Below are positions 35,867 through 48,000 of a stretch of DNA of 64,000 nt, in pieces; position 1 is the first letter of the stretch, and every line of letters begins with the position of its first letter. Below the pieces are notes generated by a model that saw nothing but the letters and a program-made list of their open reading frames with translations, was not told where the DNA came from and did not search any database. The stretch comes from Minutocellus sp. GHC0000111. Its lineage: Eukaryota. Location of the stretch: positions 4,898,001 to 4,962,000 of the forward strand of contig OZ361256.1 of assembly GCA_977018835.1 (NCBI GenBank). The letters run 5' to 3'. The position numbers and the translations under genes were made by a program.

Positions 35867-37884
35867 CTATGTTTTTCTCTTGGGTGGCAAGCTCTTTCCT
35901 CTCTGCCTCACGGTGCTTCTCGTGACACTACCGGTAGGAACTCTATGTACGCCTCCACTGTTACCGGTGCTCAGCAAACTCCTTGAACTTTCATCTGGGC
36001 TCAAACATTTCAAGTTCATTTTCTTTGCGGCCAATTGAATCTCCTTGGGCTGTTGGGCAAACCACCCTCGAAGAGCAATTCGAGCATCTTGAGCTGGTAA
36101 CACATCGTCCAAAAGATGTGCACTAGTATCACCACCAGCCTTCTCATTGTCCGCATTACAAAGGAGGTAGCGAGTCAAAACCTGGCAAGCATCCTCCTTG
36201 CTGCCTTCTCGCTTCCCACCAAAGCCTGCAATGTGAAGTGAAAGCCGAATCTGCCTCAATTCCGAGGAAGGTAGCGAACAGAATACTCTTTCGAAAGGAC
36301 TCTGCTCCTCAAGGCTGGCGCCAAAATCACAAACAAGACAGCGCAGAAGCTCAATGGCTCCATGTGATCGCCAGCGCCTTGATGATTCTTCGAGGGGACG
36401 CCGCACGCTCGGAGCAAGCCAGGAAGGTTTCGATCGCAATCATCAGAGGTCCCCAAAAGGAGTAAGGTAATGTCAGCGTCTACAAAGTTTGGCGGTACCC
36501 CATCGGTGTACTTCCCATCGACATAGGATCGAAACTTTGCCAGTCGATTTGCTCTTTCCTTGCCTTTGTGAAAGTTATCTCCTCGCGGATCGAGCGCTCT
36601 TAGAACCTTCAAGATTTTGTGGCGGTTCGGGTTGGCTTCTTGCGATGGCGATATTTCAATAACTGGGACTTCCTCAATCGGTGGCGGCGACGGGGATGTC
36701 TCCAGTTCACGGAGTTTGATAAGCTCTTCAGCACTAAATGTAAGGCTGGATTGTCGTCGCCCCAGTCGCAGAACACGCTTGGAGTCTTCTGTCGTGGTAG
36801 ACACCATCGATGGCCGCCGACTTAATTGTTCAAAGGCAATAGAGTCATCGTCTTCGTCAATGTCCTTTCTGGGCATATCTGCATCTTCGCTGCCAATTCT
36901 GTCATTCTCGTTCGACAAAGCGGACGGCGGCGCAAAGATAATTCCGGCCTTCTCCATGATTGTTTGGGTGTCTACATAGACATAATACATCAGCCGAGCC
37001 GTCAAAGCCAGGGCCGCGAGGTGAACAATTGGTCGATCAGAAACCTTGGACGTTATGCTGACAATCAGCAATATCATCATGGCATATAAGCTCCCGACGA
37101 AAGTCTTGAAGCCATGATACCTTTGCAATCCCGTCCCGGCAAAGAATATCTCCAATGCGTCGTCCCGTTCCATTCCCAGGGCGGTTCGACCGTACATCGT
37201 GACTAAACTGAATGTGAAAATGCAGTGAAGACCACATATTATGCCGATAGAGCCTGAAACCAAAAAAATAAATCATACCAGCACCTCCAGGTATCGACCC
37301 TGATAAAACAGGTCGATGATATCGCCAGGGTGATAGGAATCAAAGACTGCCACGAGGGTACCGGCTGTGACTGCGGAAACCACGGCATAAACCTCCAGGC
37401 CATCCAAGCGAACCTGCTTTCGGTCAAGTCCATCTGCGTGAGGGACGTTTGGTGGAGAATCATCACCATCGAGCAACTCTGATATTGCATCGTCGTTGCC
37501 ATTTGCATCTGAAAATTTGCTCGGTCGCATTCTTTCCTGTTGCGCCGACATGACGGCGACGGACATTTTGTCCACAGTGTTCTCCAAGCGACATATCGTG
37601 ACATTGTTGGAATCGACCGCCGAACTGAGCTTCTGAACTGCCGCGGAGAGCTGGCGGATGGCTTCCATCTGCTCCGCGGCAATAGTCACATCACTCGTGG
37701 AGGATGTGCCGTTGTGCTGGGCATTCCTGTTCTGGTTTGTGTTCGACCCATGGATGAGGGATGGGTCTTGTTGCATTTGTGCGACACCGATGAGGTGCTC
37801 GATGAAGTGTTGGCCCTGCTTCTCATGCTGTTGGTCAGCAGAAGAGGTTGGCTCGGCCTGGTTGGCTTCGTAGCTAATCGGCAT
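35867..37884 (-). pseudogene. Multi-pass membrane protein of unknown function, with in-frame TGA (37273-37275) and downstream frameshifts near 36350-36470
   Basis: ORFs 37273-37884 and 36256-37263 are in the same frame with hydrophobic helices continuing across the stop; the C-terminal part switches frames. Confidence 0.6.
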
Positions 37885-38327
37885 GGCACGACGAGACTAC
37901 TCTAGCTAGTCTAGAGTAGGCTACAGATGTGCAACTGAACCTGCTGCAGGAAGGGAGCCCTGTGGCTGGCATGGTCCTCAGCCTGACGCCTGACTTCGCT
38001 CAAGCGTCATGCTCGTCAAAAAAGACCCGAGGGGGGTACTTCGAGGTTGCAGCACAAGTGCGAGAATAATTGGTCGCCCAGACTGAGTTTTCATGTCGAG
38101 GTTTGTCGAGGTTGGTAGATCTACCTCTTCAAGATTGCAAGATGACAATTCGATAAAATTTACGCAGATTTTATTTATGTATATACATGTATCGCGGCAG
38201 GTATCGAAAGAGGTCTTCAGGGGGCAAGGTTAGGGTTTAAATCTACAGTACATTGAAGCCACCAAAGCTGCACTTCGATCGGTGGCAACACGCATTGTAA
38301 TCGCATGTGTCTCCTTCCTCTCAATAT

Positions 38328-39353
38328 CTAGCTAGCACACGGATACAAGTCGGTAATAGCGCACCTCTCTTCTCGGGTTAGGTCTGGGTGCCATAGATCG
38401 ACTATCAGTACCACACGGCAATCCATGCCATCCTTATCATTCCATTGTTCACTCAATGCGTCGTCCCCAAACGTCACAGAATGAACAATCGAGTCATCAA
38501 ATACAAAGCATTTTCCTTCCTTCCAAGTTGCCCTTTCCTCTGCGACACAGAGTTGTGGTGCTTCCACCCCCTCTTTCCCCGTTGGTACTTGCAATGGAAA
38601 ATGAAGTCGATGACGAACATTCGAGGGTCCGCAATGAGGATCGATGACGGTGCCTGGATGAAGAACTGATACAAAGACGTTGCCAAAGATGCACCCATCC
38701 ATTATCTTTCCGTCTCCTAAAGATCTCAACACCTCCATGGTCTTGGGACACAATGTAACATTTGACTTTACCCATTCCCCTTGATTCATTAGATGCAGGA
38801 CTTGCCATGTCCCCGTTGCCACATCGTTCTCCAAAGCGCTTGCCGACGAAGAACTTAAAGCCTCGATGTATTCGTTCCATAAAACATTTCTGCCGACATT
38901 ATGGAGCACATTGCAGGCATCTTGGTGCAGTTCGGTGACAAAGGGGCAGGATAACAATCCTCTCACAAGCAATACGTTTGGTCTTTGCCTTTGCACAGGT
39001 GATATATCTTCGGCACGGCGGCTTTCATCGTCATCCGTCGCAACATCCGGCCCAGCAATTATGGCGTGTCGTATTCTTTGCAGCGCCTCTCCCTTTGCTA
39101 CATACGGCAAACGCCTTTGAGCCGATCGATTCAATTCAGCATATCTGCTGCATCGTGCACAGTTTGGGTTTGGACATTTGGTGATCTTGTACTCTTGGTT
39201 GTCATCGGTGCCGCCACTTTTGGAGAATGGTTGAAGCCAGACGAGCATGCTCGTTGCGACCAAAATTGAAGCAACGACGCTGATGAGGAAGGGTTGGTTT
39301 ATCAGGAGAGGGTAAAGGTCGTGGATGGCCTCCAAGATACTGCTGGTCATCAT
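38328..39353 (-). CDS. Aspartyl/asparaginyl beta-hydroxylase domain protein with N-terminal anchor
   Basis: LHPGTVIDPHCGP...RLHFPL, WKEGKCFVFDDSIVHSV, RVVLIVDLWHPDL. Confidence 0.92.
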   Translation of the reverse strand: MMTSSILEAIHDLYPLLINQPFLISVVASILVATSMLVWLQPFSKSGGTDDNQEYKITKCPNPNCARCSRYAELNRSAQRRLPYVAKGEALQRIRHAIIAGPDVATDDDESRRAEDISPVQRQRPNVLLVRGLLSCPFVTELHQDACNVLHNVGRNVLWNEYIEALSSSSASALENDVATGTWQVLHLMNQGEWVKSNVTLCPKTMEVLRSLGDGKIMDGCIFGNVFVSVLHPGTVIDPHCGPSNVRHRLHFPLQVPTGKEGVEAPQLCVAEERATWKEGKCFVFDDSIVHSVTFGDDALSEQWNDKDGMDCRVVLIVDLWHPDLTREERCAITDLYPCAS

Positions 39354-39812
39354 GTTACAAATCCTTCACTCAGCCACACATCATCTTGAAATCTTGCTCC
39401 CCACTCGCCATGCGTCACTCGCTCGGCGCCCTGCGGTGGTGGTGGCTGGTGGCTGGTGGCTGCGGTGGCTGAAGAATGAGGCGGCTTGCGATAAAATATG
39501 GTGGGAATCGAGGAATCGAATCCGGGACCCCCCCCCTTACTTACGATGCTCACTGCTTACTGCTTAGGCCTACTGGGCCCCAGTACGAGTACCTAGGTAC
39601 ATGTATCAGCAGAGAACAAGTTATCAACGGAGTGCTATTGCTTGTTCCATCGTATTAGTCTGCATTTCGCCCAGATTGTGCCGGATACGACTATATTTCG
39701 TCAGGAAAGAGCGCCGGCCGCGAAGGTTGAGGCCGTGCCGTTTTGCGTTGAGCGGCTTGATTGCTTGATTTTTTAGGCTGGCATTCCAGCATCCCCTGTG
39801 AGCCTGTGAACC

Positions 39813-40910
39813 ATGATGAGAGCAATTCGATGCCACCGCTTCGCTGCTCTCGATTCCAGCGGGCGGATTCTAAAAGATGTCTCGGCCTATTCTCCCCTCA
39901 GGTCAGTGTTGGCCGTTGAGCATGTTCCTCGGCCGCTCATCGAACGACCAAATGATGTTCTCATCGCAACTCATTATGCTGGCGTTCAATATCCAGATGC
40001 GTTGCAGGCGCAGGGGCTTTATCAGCATCGACCTCCCCTGCCGTATGTTCCAGGGCTAGATGTGTCTGGGACGGTGCTTGAGGTTGGAAGTCGGGTGTCA
40101 ACTTTCCGGGTCGGTGATCGGGTGATTGCTCAGGCTCCGCTGGATCTTGGATGTTTGGCGGATGTCGTTCGAGTTGACGCGAACGATGTGTATCATGCGC
40201 CAGACAACATCGCCTTGTCTCGGTTGGCCAACATTGGCCGCAATTATTTTGCATCGTATCATTCGCTCAAGGTCATCGGTAATGTCAAAAGGGGAGATCT
40301 CGTCCTGGTTGATGGAGCGTCGGGAGGAGTAGGAATGGCAACGATTGAGCTTGCCAAGGCAATGGGAGCCACGGTCGTTGCTGGTGTGAGCTCGAAAGAA
40401 AAGGCTCAATACCCAAAGGATGTTGGAGCAGACGCCGTCCTATGCTATGGTCGAGACAAGGAAAGCTACAAGAACTTCAAGAAGAATGAATTTCGGAAAG
40501 TGTCGAAAGAACTGGGGCACCCTCAAGGAGCCGATGATGTGGTCGATGTAGTCCAGGGCGGACTCTTTGAAGATGCACTCATGTCCTGCGTAAAGCCGTT
40601 AGGAACAATATCCTTGGTTGGCTTTACCGCTGGCCAAAAGCCGATTAGGCCAGGCCTTGTCCTTATCAAAGAAGCCAAGATTGTTGGCAGTCTCTGGGGT
40701 CGATGGGCAAGAGAGAATCCGGAAGGTCATCGTCAAAATGTCCAAGAGATGCTGAATTTTATGGAATCGGGCGCCATTAGACCCAGGGCCGACAGAATAT
40801 TTTCCGTTGAGGATGCCATCGAGGCCTTTGAGTTGTTTGAATCTAACAAAGGTCGAGGGAATACGGTCGTTGATTTTACAACTGGCCGGGATCCAAGATC
40901 GAGGCTGTAA
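39813..40910 (+). CDS. NADPH:quinone oxidoreductase (zeta-crystallin/MDR family), probably peroxisomal
   Basis: [30 protein letters not shown]-terminal SRL is a PTS1 signal. Confidence 0.92.
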   Translation: MMRAIRCHRFAALDSSGRILKDVSAYSPLRSVLAVEHVPRPLIERPNDVLIATHYAGVQYPDALQAQGLYQHRPPLPYVPGLDVSGTVLEVGSRVSTFRVGDRVIAQAPLDLGCLADVVRVDANDVYHAPDNIALSRLANIGRNYFASYHSLKVIGNVKRGDLVLVDGASGGVGMATIELAKAMGATVVAGVSSKEKAQYPKDVGADAVLCYGRDKESYKNFKKNEFRKVSKELGHPQGADDVVDVVQGGLFEDALMSCVKPLGTISLVGFTAGQKPIRPGLVLIKEAKIVGSLWGRWARENPEGHRQNVQEMLNFMESGAIRPRADRIFSVEDAIEAFELFESNKGRGNTVVDFTTGRDPRSRL

Positions 40911-41014
40911 ATTTAGCAGAGTAGAGACACATATTAGATATTCAACCATATCAAGACTTAATTTTAAGTTAAGCTCCATTGCTAGCTAGCACTAGACTAG
41001 CTAGTAGATCTAGA

Positions 41015-44000
41015 CTAGAGGCCGCCAGGAGGAGGCCACTCCCAGACGCTCTTGTTAGTCTTGGTGTCAAAGAAATACCAGCGTTTCTGTGACTTGGACC
41101 AAACACACATCCATCCTTGTGGTAAATTGATGGCCGGCTTGACACTTGGATTTTGTAGATCAACAGCAGCGGGCTCGGGGGTCGACGACGTCGCTGCTCC
41201 TGCTGCCATTTTGCTATCTGATGGCCGCTTTTCGAGACCGGGACGTGGTACTGGGGACGCTCCTTGAGCTGCATTCATCTTTCCATCGGACGGCCGCTTC
41301 TCCAAACCAGGTCGAGGAGGCGGGGGTCGCTTCTGTTGCTGGTTGTCGGCCATTGAGGGGGGTGCAGGCTTCGCCCTTTCCCCTGAAGACAATGGGGGAG
41401 GAGGTCTCTTCTTGGACTCGGTCGGTGGTGGAGCTGCAGGTGACGATGGGGAGTTCTCTTGTGCCGACGGTGACGGAGAGGGTGTTTTGAATGCCACAGC
41501 TCCCTCCAAATCACCATCTCCGGCCAGTATTTCCGTCGAAGATGCCCTCTTCACACGCTTCGACCGAGGGGTGAGCTTGGGCAGTCCACCGAGCTTGTGC
41601 TTGCGATCATCTGCATGGTGAGGAGATCTTCTCGAGATGCCAGCAAACGCTGCTTCGCCTTCTCCTTCTACAGGAGAGGAATATCCCCCATCGTGTGGAG
41701 GAGATCCCGGTGGTGATACATCAGGCGTCTCATGATGAAGAGGAGGGCGCTGGCTGGAGAAATCCTCGGGAATGAGCGAATCCCCTCTTCTGTCTTTGTA
41801 GGGGTTGCCAAAGTTGATCATCAGGCGTGTCTTGACTCTCGTTTGCACAGAATCGACGAACTCTCCCGTTTTGGGGTCAAAGAATGTTGTGGGCAATGCA
41901 TCATCGTCGACACTCCAGTTCGGGGAACCATCTGGTGCGGTTGTGGCCGCAGAACCGGTAGAATCATTACAACCATAACCGACGACGGGCTTCCGACTCC
42001 AAAGCAATCGCTCGCGATAGTCGCCCATCTCACTGATTTTGGACTTGTTGAGCATGGAGGCCCCCACACCGCAAAGAGATATAAGTGACTCATCGTCAAT
42101 AGAGTGATTTGCTTCGTAGTAATGACAGTTTCCACCATCATTGTTTACCCCTTCGACCGACAATCCTCGTGTTGTGAGTCCAGAACCACCAAAGATCCAT
42201 CTCCTTCTGGATTCAAAATAAGCAAGTAGGCATTCCGCTGGAAGATCTCCCAGAGATTCGGTAGCTGGGGGTGGAGTGCTTCTACCGATGAATTTCTCGT
42301 CATCTTTTCCATTTTCATCGCCATCTCCATTCCCACCGCCACCCTTCTTCTTTGCCTTGGCAGCACCGGCTCTCCAAGGTGGTGGCATGTTTCGCAATGC
42401 CGCCAGATAACTATGCACAGATGCCCTGGGATCGTACTGACCATATCCAATTACTGGTGCCGCCGCAGCGTCAAGGCCCTGGCGTCTGCCATCGTGGTTG
42501 TGAGTCTCAATTTGCTGGACGCCTCGGCGACGGAGCTCGGCCTCCTGGCGTTCGAGCCTTTCGTTGGTTTCACGTGCCACCTTTTCGCCCTGGCGAATCT
42601 TTTGAAGACAAGAACGAGAGAAGCACTGCGCTGCGATGCTTTCGTAGCTATCGGTACTTAGAAGTGATTGTGCCGAGGATGGAAGAATAGGACGAAGGCA
42701 ACGTCGGAGAGCATGTTGATAATAGGGTGGAATGCGAAAGAGATATGCTCGGAAATCAGATCGCCATTGCTCATCCAGGGGTACATTCCGAGAAGTAACG
42801 GTGCTGGAACTTTGCTGTTGCTTCTTGATGAATCCAGCCGTAGAACCTCCCTTGGCAGCAGCAGAACTGGACGCTGCAGCCTCCTTTGATTGGACTGATT
42901 TCTTCAGTTGCATGTTCTCCAACTCGGCAGCACGAACCAAGAGCGGCAGCAGTATGTGAGGCTCTGGTGGTAGGAGCGTGATGGATGATAGAGCACCACC
43001 AGATTCCGATGAGAATTCTCCAGCCGATTGGTCCGATAAAGCGACTCTATTGTGGGGTAGGTGCAATATCCCAATGTTGAGCACATTTGAATTGTCGTCC
43101 TCTGATAGGCCAGTCGACCCGCACCACGCACAGATACCAGAAAGTGCTCATGGCCGCGTTGAGACTTGGGAGCGACGCCGCCCCTCTTGCCATCCTTGCT
43201 GATCCAATCGCAAACGTAGACATCCCTGGACAGCAGCTTAAGCGAGGCTTGCATCTGACTCGATGCGTTGGCGTCGGCGAGCAATTGCTTGTTGGAAGTG
43301 ACCAACTGATCCAATCTATGGAGCAAATTCATGACTTCGAGAGGGTCAAAGGTGTTGAGAGTACCCACGTGGTGCTGCGGATGTCGAGAGAAGGTCAACA
43401 CCGGCTGTCCTGTCCTCGGCGGTAGTGTATCCAGCTTCTTGTCGGGAAAGAAAGACTCTGGGATGCAAAAGATTGGTGCAGCATAAATCTGCGCTTCGTT
43501 GGCGGTATCGGTCCTCGAGGGCACGTGCAGCAGTAAAGCTCTATGCATGGATGTTTCGCCGCCCTCAAGCTGCTGGAACGAGCAGACAGGCCCGGCGTTC
43601 ACAAAGACGCCAGATACGTTCATAGACCCCTCCGCCTGCTCTTCCGAAGTAGGAGGAGCCATGGAAGGGTGGCGGAGCGGATTCGGTATTGGCATCTTCT
43701 GGGGCAGAGATGGAGCGATAATTTGAAGCAGCCGTTCCGATACTTGCGATAGGGCCGACGAGGACTGAATCGAGGTGTAGCAGCCACCCGTCACCTCACA
43801 GAATGCCTGAAGGGACGGATGGAGGGAACGCGAGGCGTTGCTTCCAACTCCAACGCAAAATATCCTCTGATCCCAGCGGAATGGCTCGCGGTAGAAGTCC
43901 CTAAGTGGGGCGCTACCAAATTGAAGTTGCAGATTCCCACCACCCTCGGTGGGTGGCTTCCGCAGGCACTCTCCGTCCGTGAGAAGTACCAGACAAGCCG

Positions 44001-44733
44001 GTTGCAGAGCATACGTTGCCGTCGCCTTTTGCTTGTTGGCGCCGCCTGCTTGCTGTCCCTTCCCCGCCGCAGCTGCAGCCGAGGCCGAAAGCATGGTGCT
44101 TGAGGGCAATCTTCCCATGCCAAAGTTCTCGGTCGCACGATTTTTTAGCCTGTATCGCGACAAAAGTTGCAGGCCCGTGGATAGGGCGGCATTCAATCCA
44201 ACCGCTCCACCGCCATCCTCTGGGAAGGGCCGTCTCTTGGGCTGCTGCTGCGGCTGCCCTCCCACGGCACTCGCTGCAGGAGGGGCATCGGCAGCCGTCG
44301 GCGTCGGAGACCAATCCGTGGCACGAAGCCTCTTGAGCTCCCGCTCAAACTCCCCGTGGTTGATGCTGAACGATGGCTGCTGGTGCAGATCCTGCGCCGT
44401 TTCCGCTTCGCCGTGATAGTCGCCGGCGAACCCCACCAGCAACCGACCCCCCGCCCCACAGGCCGCCAGGGCCAGCTGCTGCGCGTACTGCCGCCCGGTC
44501 GATAGCAGAAGGAACTGGTCCTTGGAGCAGTATCCCAGGCCGAGGTTGTGCAGCGACTGCTGCGCCGTTGGCTTCTCCTGCTGGAACTCCCGGTTGTGTG
44601 CTTGGACGCGCTGGTCCAGACCCTTGGATAATTTTTCCACCATCATCTTGCCAAGGTCCAATTTGCTCATTCCACCGCCGCCGACCTTTTCCGCCATGGA
44701 CGGCGACGTATCAACGACGAACACCACAATCAT
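41015..44733 (-). CDS. INTS6: Integrator complex subunit 6-like (vWA) with C-terminal WW domain; 1-nt frameshift near 43112
   Basis: FVVDTSPSM, ENFGMGR, LLTDG, EPFRWDQR, CEVTGG, PESFF, IPPYY, FGNPYK; LPQGW...YFFDTKTNKSVWEWP. Confidence 0.85.
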
Positions 44734-45093
44734 GGTGGACAAGCCAAGACGTAGCTAGGCAGCAAGATACGCCGGAGGGGAAGCGGAACTGGAAACTGGA
44801 AATGAGCACAGCAGCTGGCATGGCGGCATGGCATGATGGCGATGGCGCGATGCATGGCGCATGCATGCATCGCGCCATCGCATCGTCCTTGAAATCGGAA
44901 GCCACTAACTTTTGAAAATAGTGCTTTGCAAGCCGGCTCATTTTCGATTTCCGCGCCATTTCCCCGCTCCCCGCCCCGTTGTATCGGCGCCGAGCGAAGC
45001 CTCCTGCCGAAGTTTCAAAGTCAGCCGCGCTCGCTCGGTGCTGAGGCAGGTCAGCAGTAATACTAACTTTCCCTCCCTTGGTGCATTGCCGGC

Positions 45094-48000
45094 ATGTCCT
45101 CCCAAGCCAGTGGTGCCGGCAGTAGCAGCGCAATCGCGTCGCCCCTTGGCGATGGTGGCGATAGCGGCAGTCACCCTCCTCTCCACCAGACTCTGCCAGA
45201 TGGCCACGGCTCGTGGGGAGAAAGTCGCAGGCACGATGGAAGCGCCTCGAGTGGCCGCAAGAGCGATGGTCAGGGCAACAGCAGTATGGGCACGCCGGCG
45301 AATTCTTCCGAACGAAAGAGATTGTTCCAGTCTCCCTGTCCTTCCAATGCCAGTGGCAACGCGTCTCAATCATCTCCCATGGTCCAAAGGAAGGATATTC
45401 CCAGCCATGACAAAAATAATGACGATGATGATGGTGGTGATTTTGATGATGAAGAGCCCATGTTATCCATCCTCAACGTTGTGGTCGATCATGTCATGGT
45501 ACCTCCTACGCCTATGGAACCGGAAGAATTTGACATATTTTGTCGGCAGAGACGGCACGAATTGAAGAAGCAGGAAGCAGAGGAGGGACGAAGGAAACTG
45601 AAGGAGGAGGACTCCAAGGTTAATTCAAGTGCGGCGGATGAGGCTGGTGGTCATCGTGGTGGTGATGATGAACCAATGTTGTTCCCACTCTCGCAGCAGT
45701 CTGTGCGGTCGGATCCATCGACTCCTGGATTCGGCGGCGCTTTGGCATCTGCAGAACAATCACAATCATTCCTGGAACAAACTCCTACGGTGCCAAAAGA
45801 GAAAGTTTTGGTCCCCGTCCTTCGATTCTTTGGCCCTGTCATACGAGGAGATCCTGCAACTGTGCGGGCCACCCCCCGTCAGTCGGGGTGTTTGCATGTG
45901 CATGGTGCCTTCCCATATTTGGTAGCGAGGCCAGTGACAGCAGGTCCAGATGGGAGCTCGTATCGAAGGCCGGGCGATTCCAGCAGGGCGTCCGTATCAT
46001 CTCGGATCGATTGGGATGACGCCGAGTCTGTTTCCTACATTGTGGATGAGATCCATGTCAAGCTCGAAGCGGCTCTCCGAGCTACCGACGAATGGAAAGA
46101 AAAGCGTGATACCATGGACGGAGGGGGTGCCAATAGTTCCACCAACAACGCCGGGGGTAATAATGGCGATGGTTTGGGTGGCAATTTGGATTCACTGAAA
46201 CTGCCCATTCGTTATATTCGGCAAGTGACTGTCGTCAAGGGAAAAGGCTGGCAAGTGACTGTCGTCAAGGGAAAAGGCTTCTACTCCTACTGCTCTGGAC
46301 CGCCAGCTCCATTTCTTCGGGTCGAGTACTATGATCCCAAATCGAAGTGGAAGGTCAAGCTCATGCTAGAGAGGGGGCTTGATGTAGATGAGGTATACCA
46401 CCCCGATGGTCGTTTCTATGACTATGGGGGGGATGATTCGGAAAATGCTGCTGCTAAAGACGATGTCGGCAACAATGACGAGGATGGAGAAGGCGAAGTT
46501 TATGGCGAGGGGGGAATGCGCCAATCATCTCCGCCTCTAAAATTTCGCTGTTATGAGGCGCACATCCCTTTCACTATGCAAGTGTTCAAAGACCTGAACC
46601 TGTCCGGAACGTCCTACATTAAGGTGAAGAGGGGTATGTTTCGCCAATCGCTGCCAAAGAAGGAACGAAAGAGGGTACAGAGTTCAAATGTTGATGAAGG
46701 TGGCAACGAGAGACTATTTCTCGAGGGCAATGTTTCGGATCGATTTCAATGGGGGGAACCATCCGTTACTGATATCAATGCCACTCCATGCAATCCAAGT
46801 GCTGAAGGCCTTGGTAGCGATGACACCTAATATTGTTCATACTCTTTTGTTGGTCTCCGTCGTGAGGATCAATTCTGGACCACGAAGGAAAGTTTGTGTG
46901 ATGTAGAGCTCGACGCAAGTAGTACGGAACTATTGAATGTTCGAGATGTGATGACGAGCTTACCAGATGATCCCGCTGAGCGAGCACGGGTACATTGGAG
47001 GGCCGTGCCTAGTCTGCGGGAGATTTGGGAGCTAGAGCGAAGACGAATGGCATCTCTTCTTAGCAAGGAAGATAATTTTCTGAACTCGGCGCCAGACGAT
47101 GAGGAAGAGGGCGTAACTACCCTTCAATCGGCTGTGAAGGACGGTCCTTCTCTTCCCGGATCTCGACTCGCCGTGCGGGGTAGTAAGCGCCTTTATGACC
47201 CAAGTCCTGGTCTTGAAGATGATTATCGGCGAGCGCTTGGTAATATTGCAACGAGGCACTCAAATTTTGTGCAGCGAGTGGATAGTGCTTTCAAAGGTGA
47301 TGGGCCAGCAGTCTTCTCTCCAAAGACACAGGCACAGACAGACAGCTTGGGCTTGTCAACCCCTTCGTCGTCGCAAGATGAGGCCCTTGCCGCTCTCAAC
47401 GCTCTCGGCGAACAATTTGGCGGTGATTTCGAGCAAATTAATCTGCGATCTCAAGTGGTGGCTCAAGCTTCCCAGCTTTTATCTCTATCACCCCAAACTC
47501 CTAACAGCCGATTGAATGGGGGCTCTCTTCGCAGCTCTCCCCTCAGCCAGGTAGCTCCGCTAGCACAAGCAGACATCGAGGAAATACAGGAAGCTACAGC
47601 ATTTGGACATAGTCTAGAGCGTGGAGAGTCTGTACTGGGAGATTTAACTGCTGGGTCGTCATCCGTGGATCCATTTACGTTGACGCCGCATGAAAATGAA
47701 TACGATAGTGATGAGGATGTTTTTCACGAAGAAGAAAAGCTCGGTGAAGAGGGGTTTGCGCGATCCTTGAGATCCGGGTGGGGGTGAAGCCATCGAAATT
47801 CTAGAACGCGGAGTTTTGTTTACCCCGGTTGAAGCTGAGATCGTCGGAAACGCAAGTGAGGACATCAATCGATTTGTTCGTAAATCTCTTGGGATCAGTA
47901 TAGATCGGGCCAAGGTAGAAATGCTCCGAAGTGAACGCCAGCTTCTCCTTCGACTAGCTTCAATTGTCAAGTACAAAGATCCAGATGCGCTTATGTCATG

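Noticed and set aside
37255..37278. Tiny intron (gtatga...tttcag) removing the TGA
   Set aside because: About 25 nt, too short, and splicing shifts into a frame that stops after four codons.
38229..38238. TTAGGG telomeric motif
   Set aside because: Single unit, expected by chance.
46765..46866. Intron removing the REV3 TAA
   Set aside because: Only a weak donor (gttact) and a GAG acceptor fit the phase, unlike other introns here; not fully excluded without RNA data.
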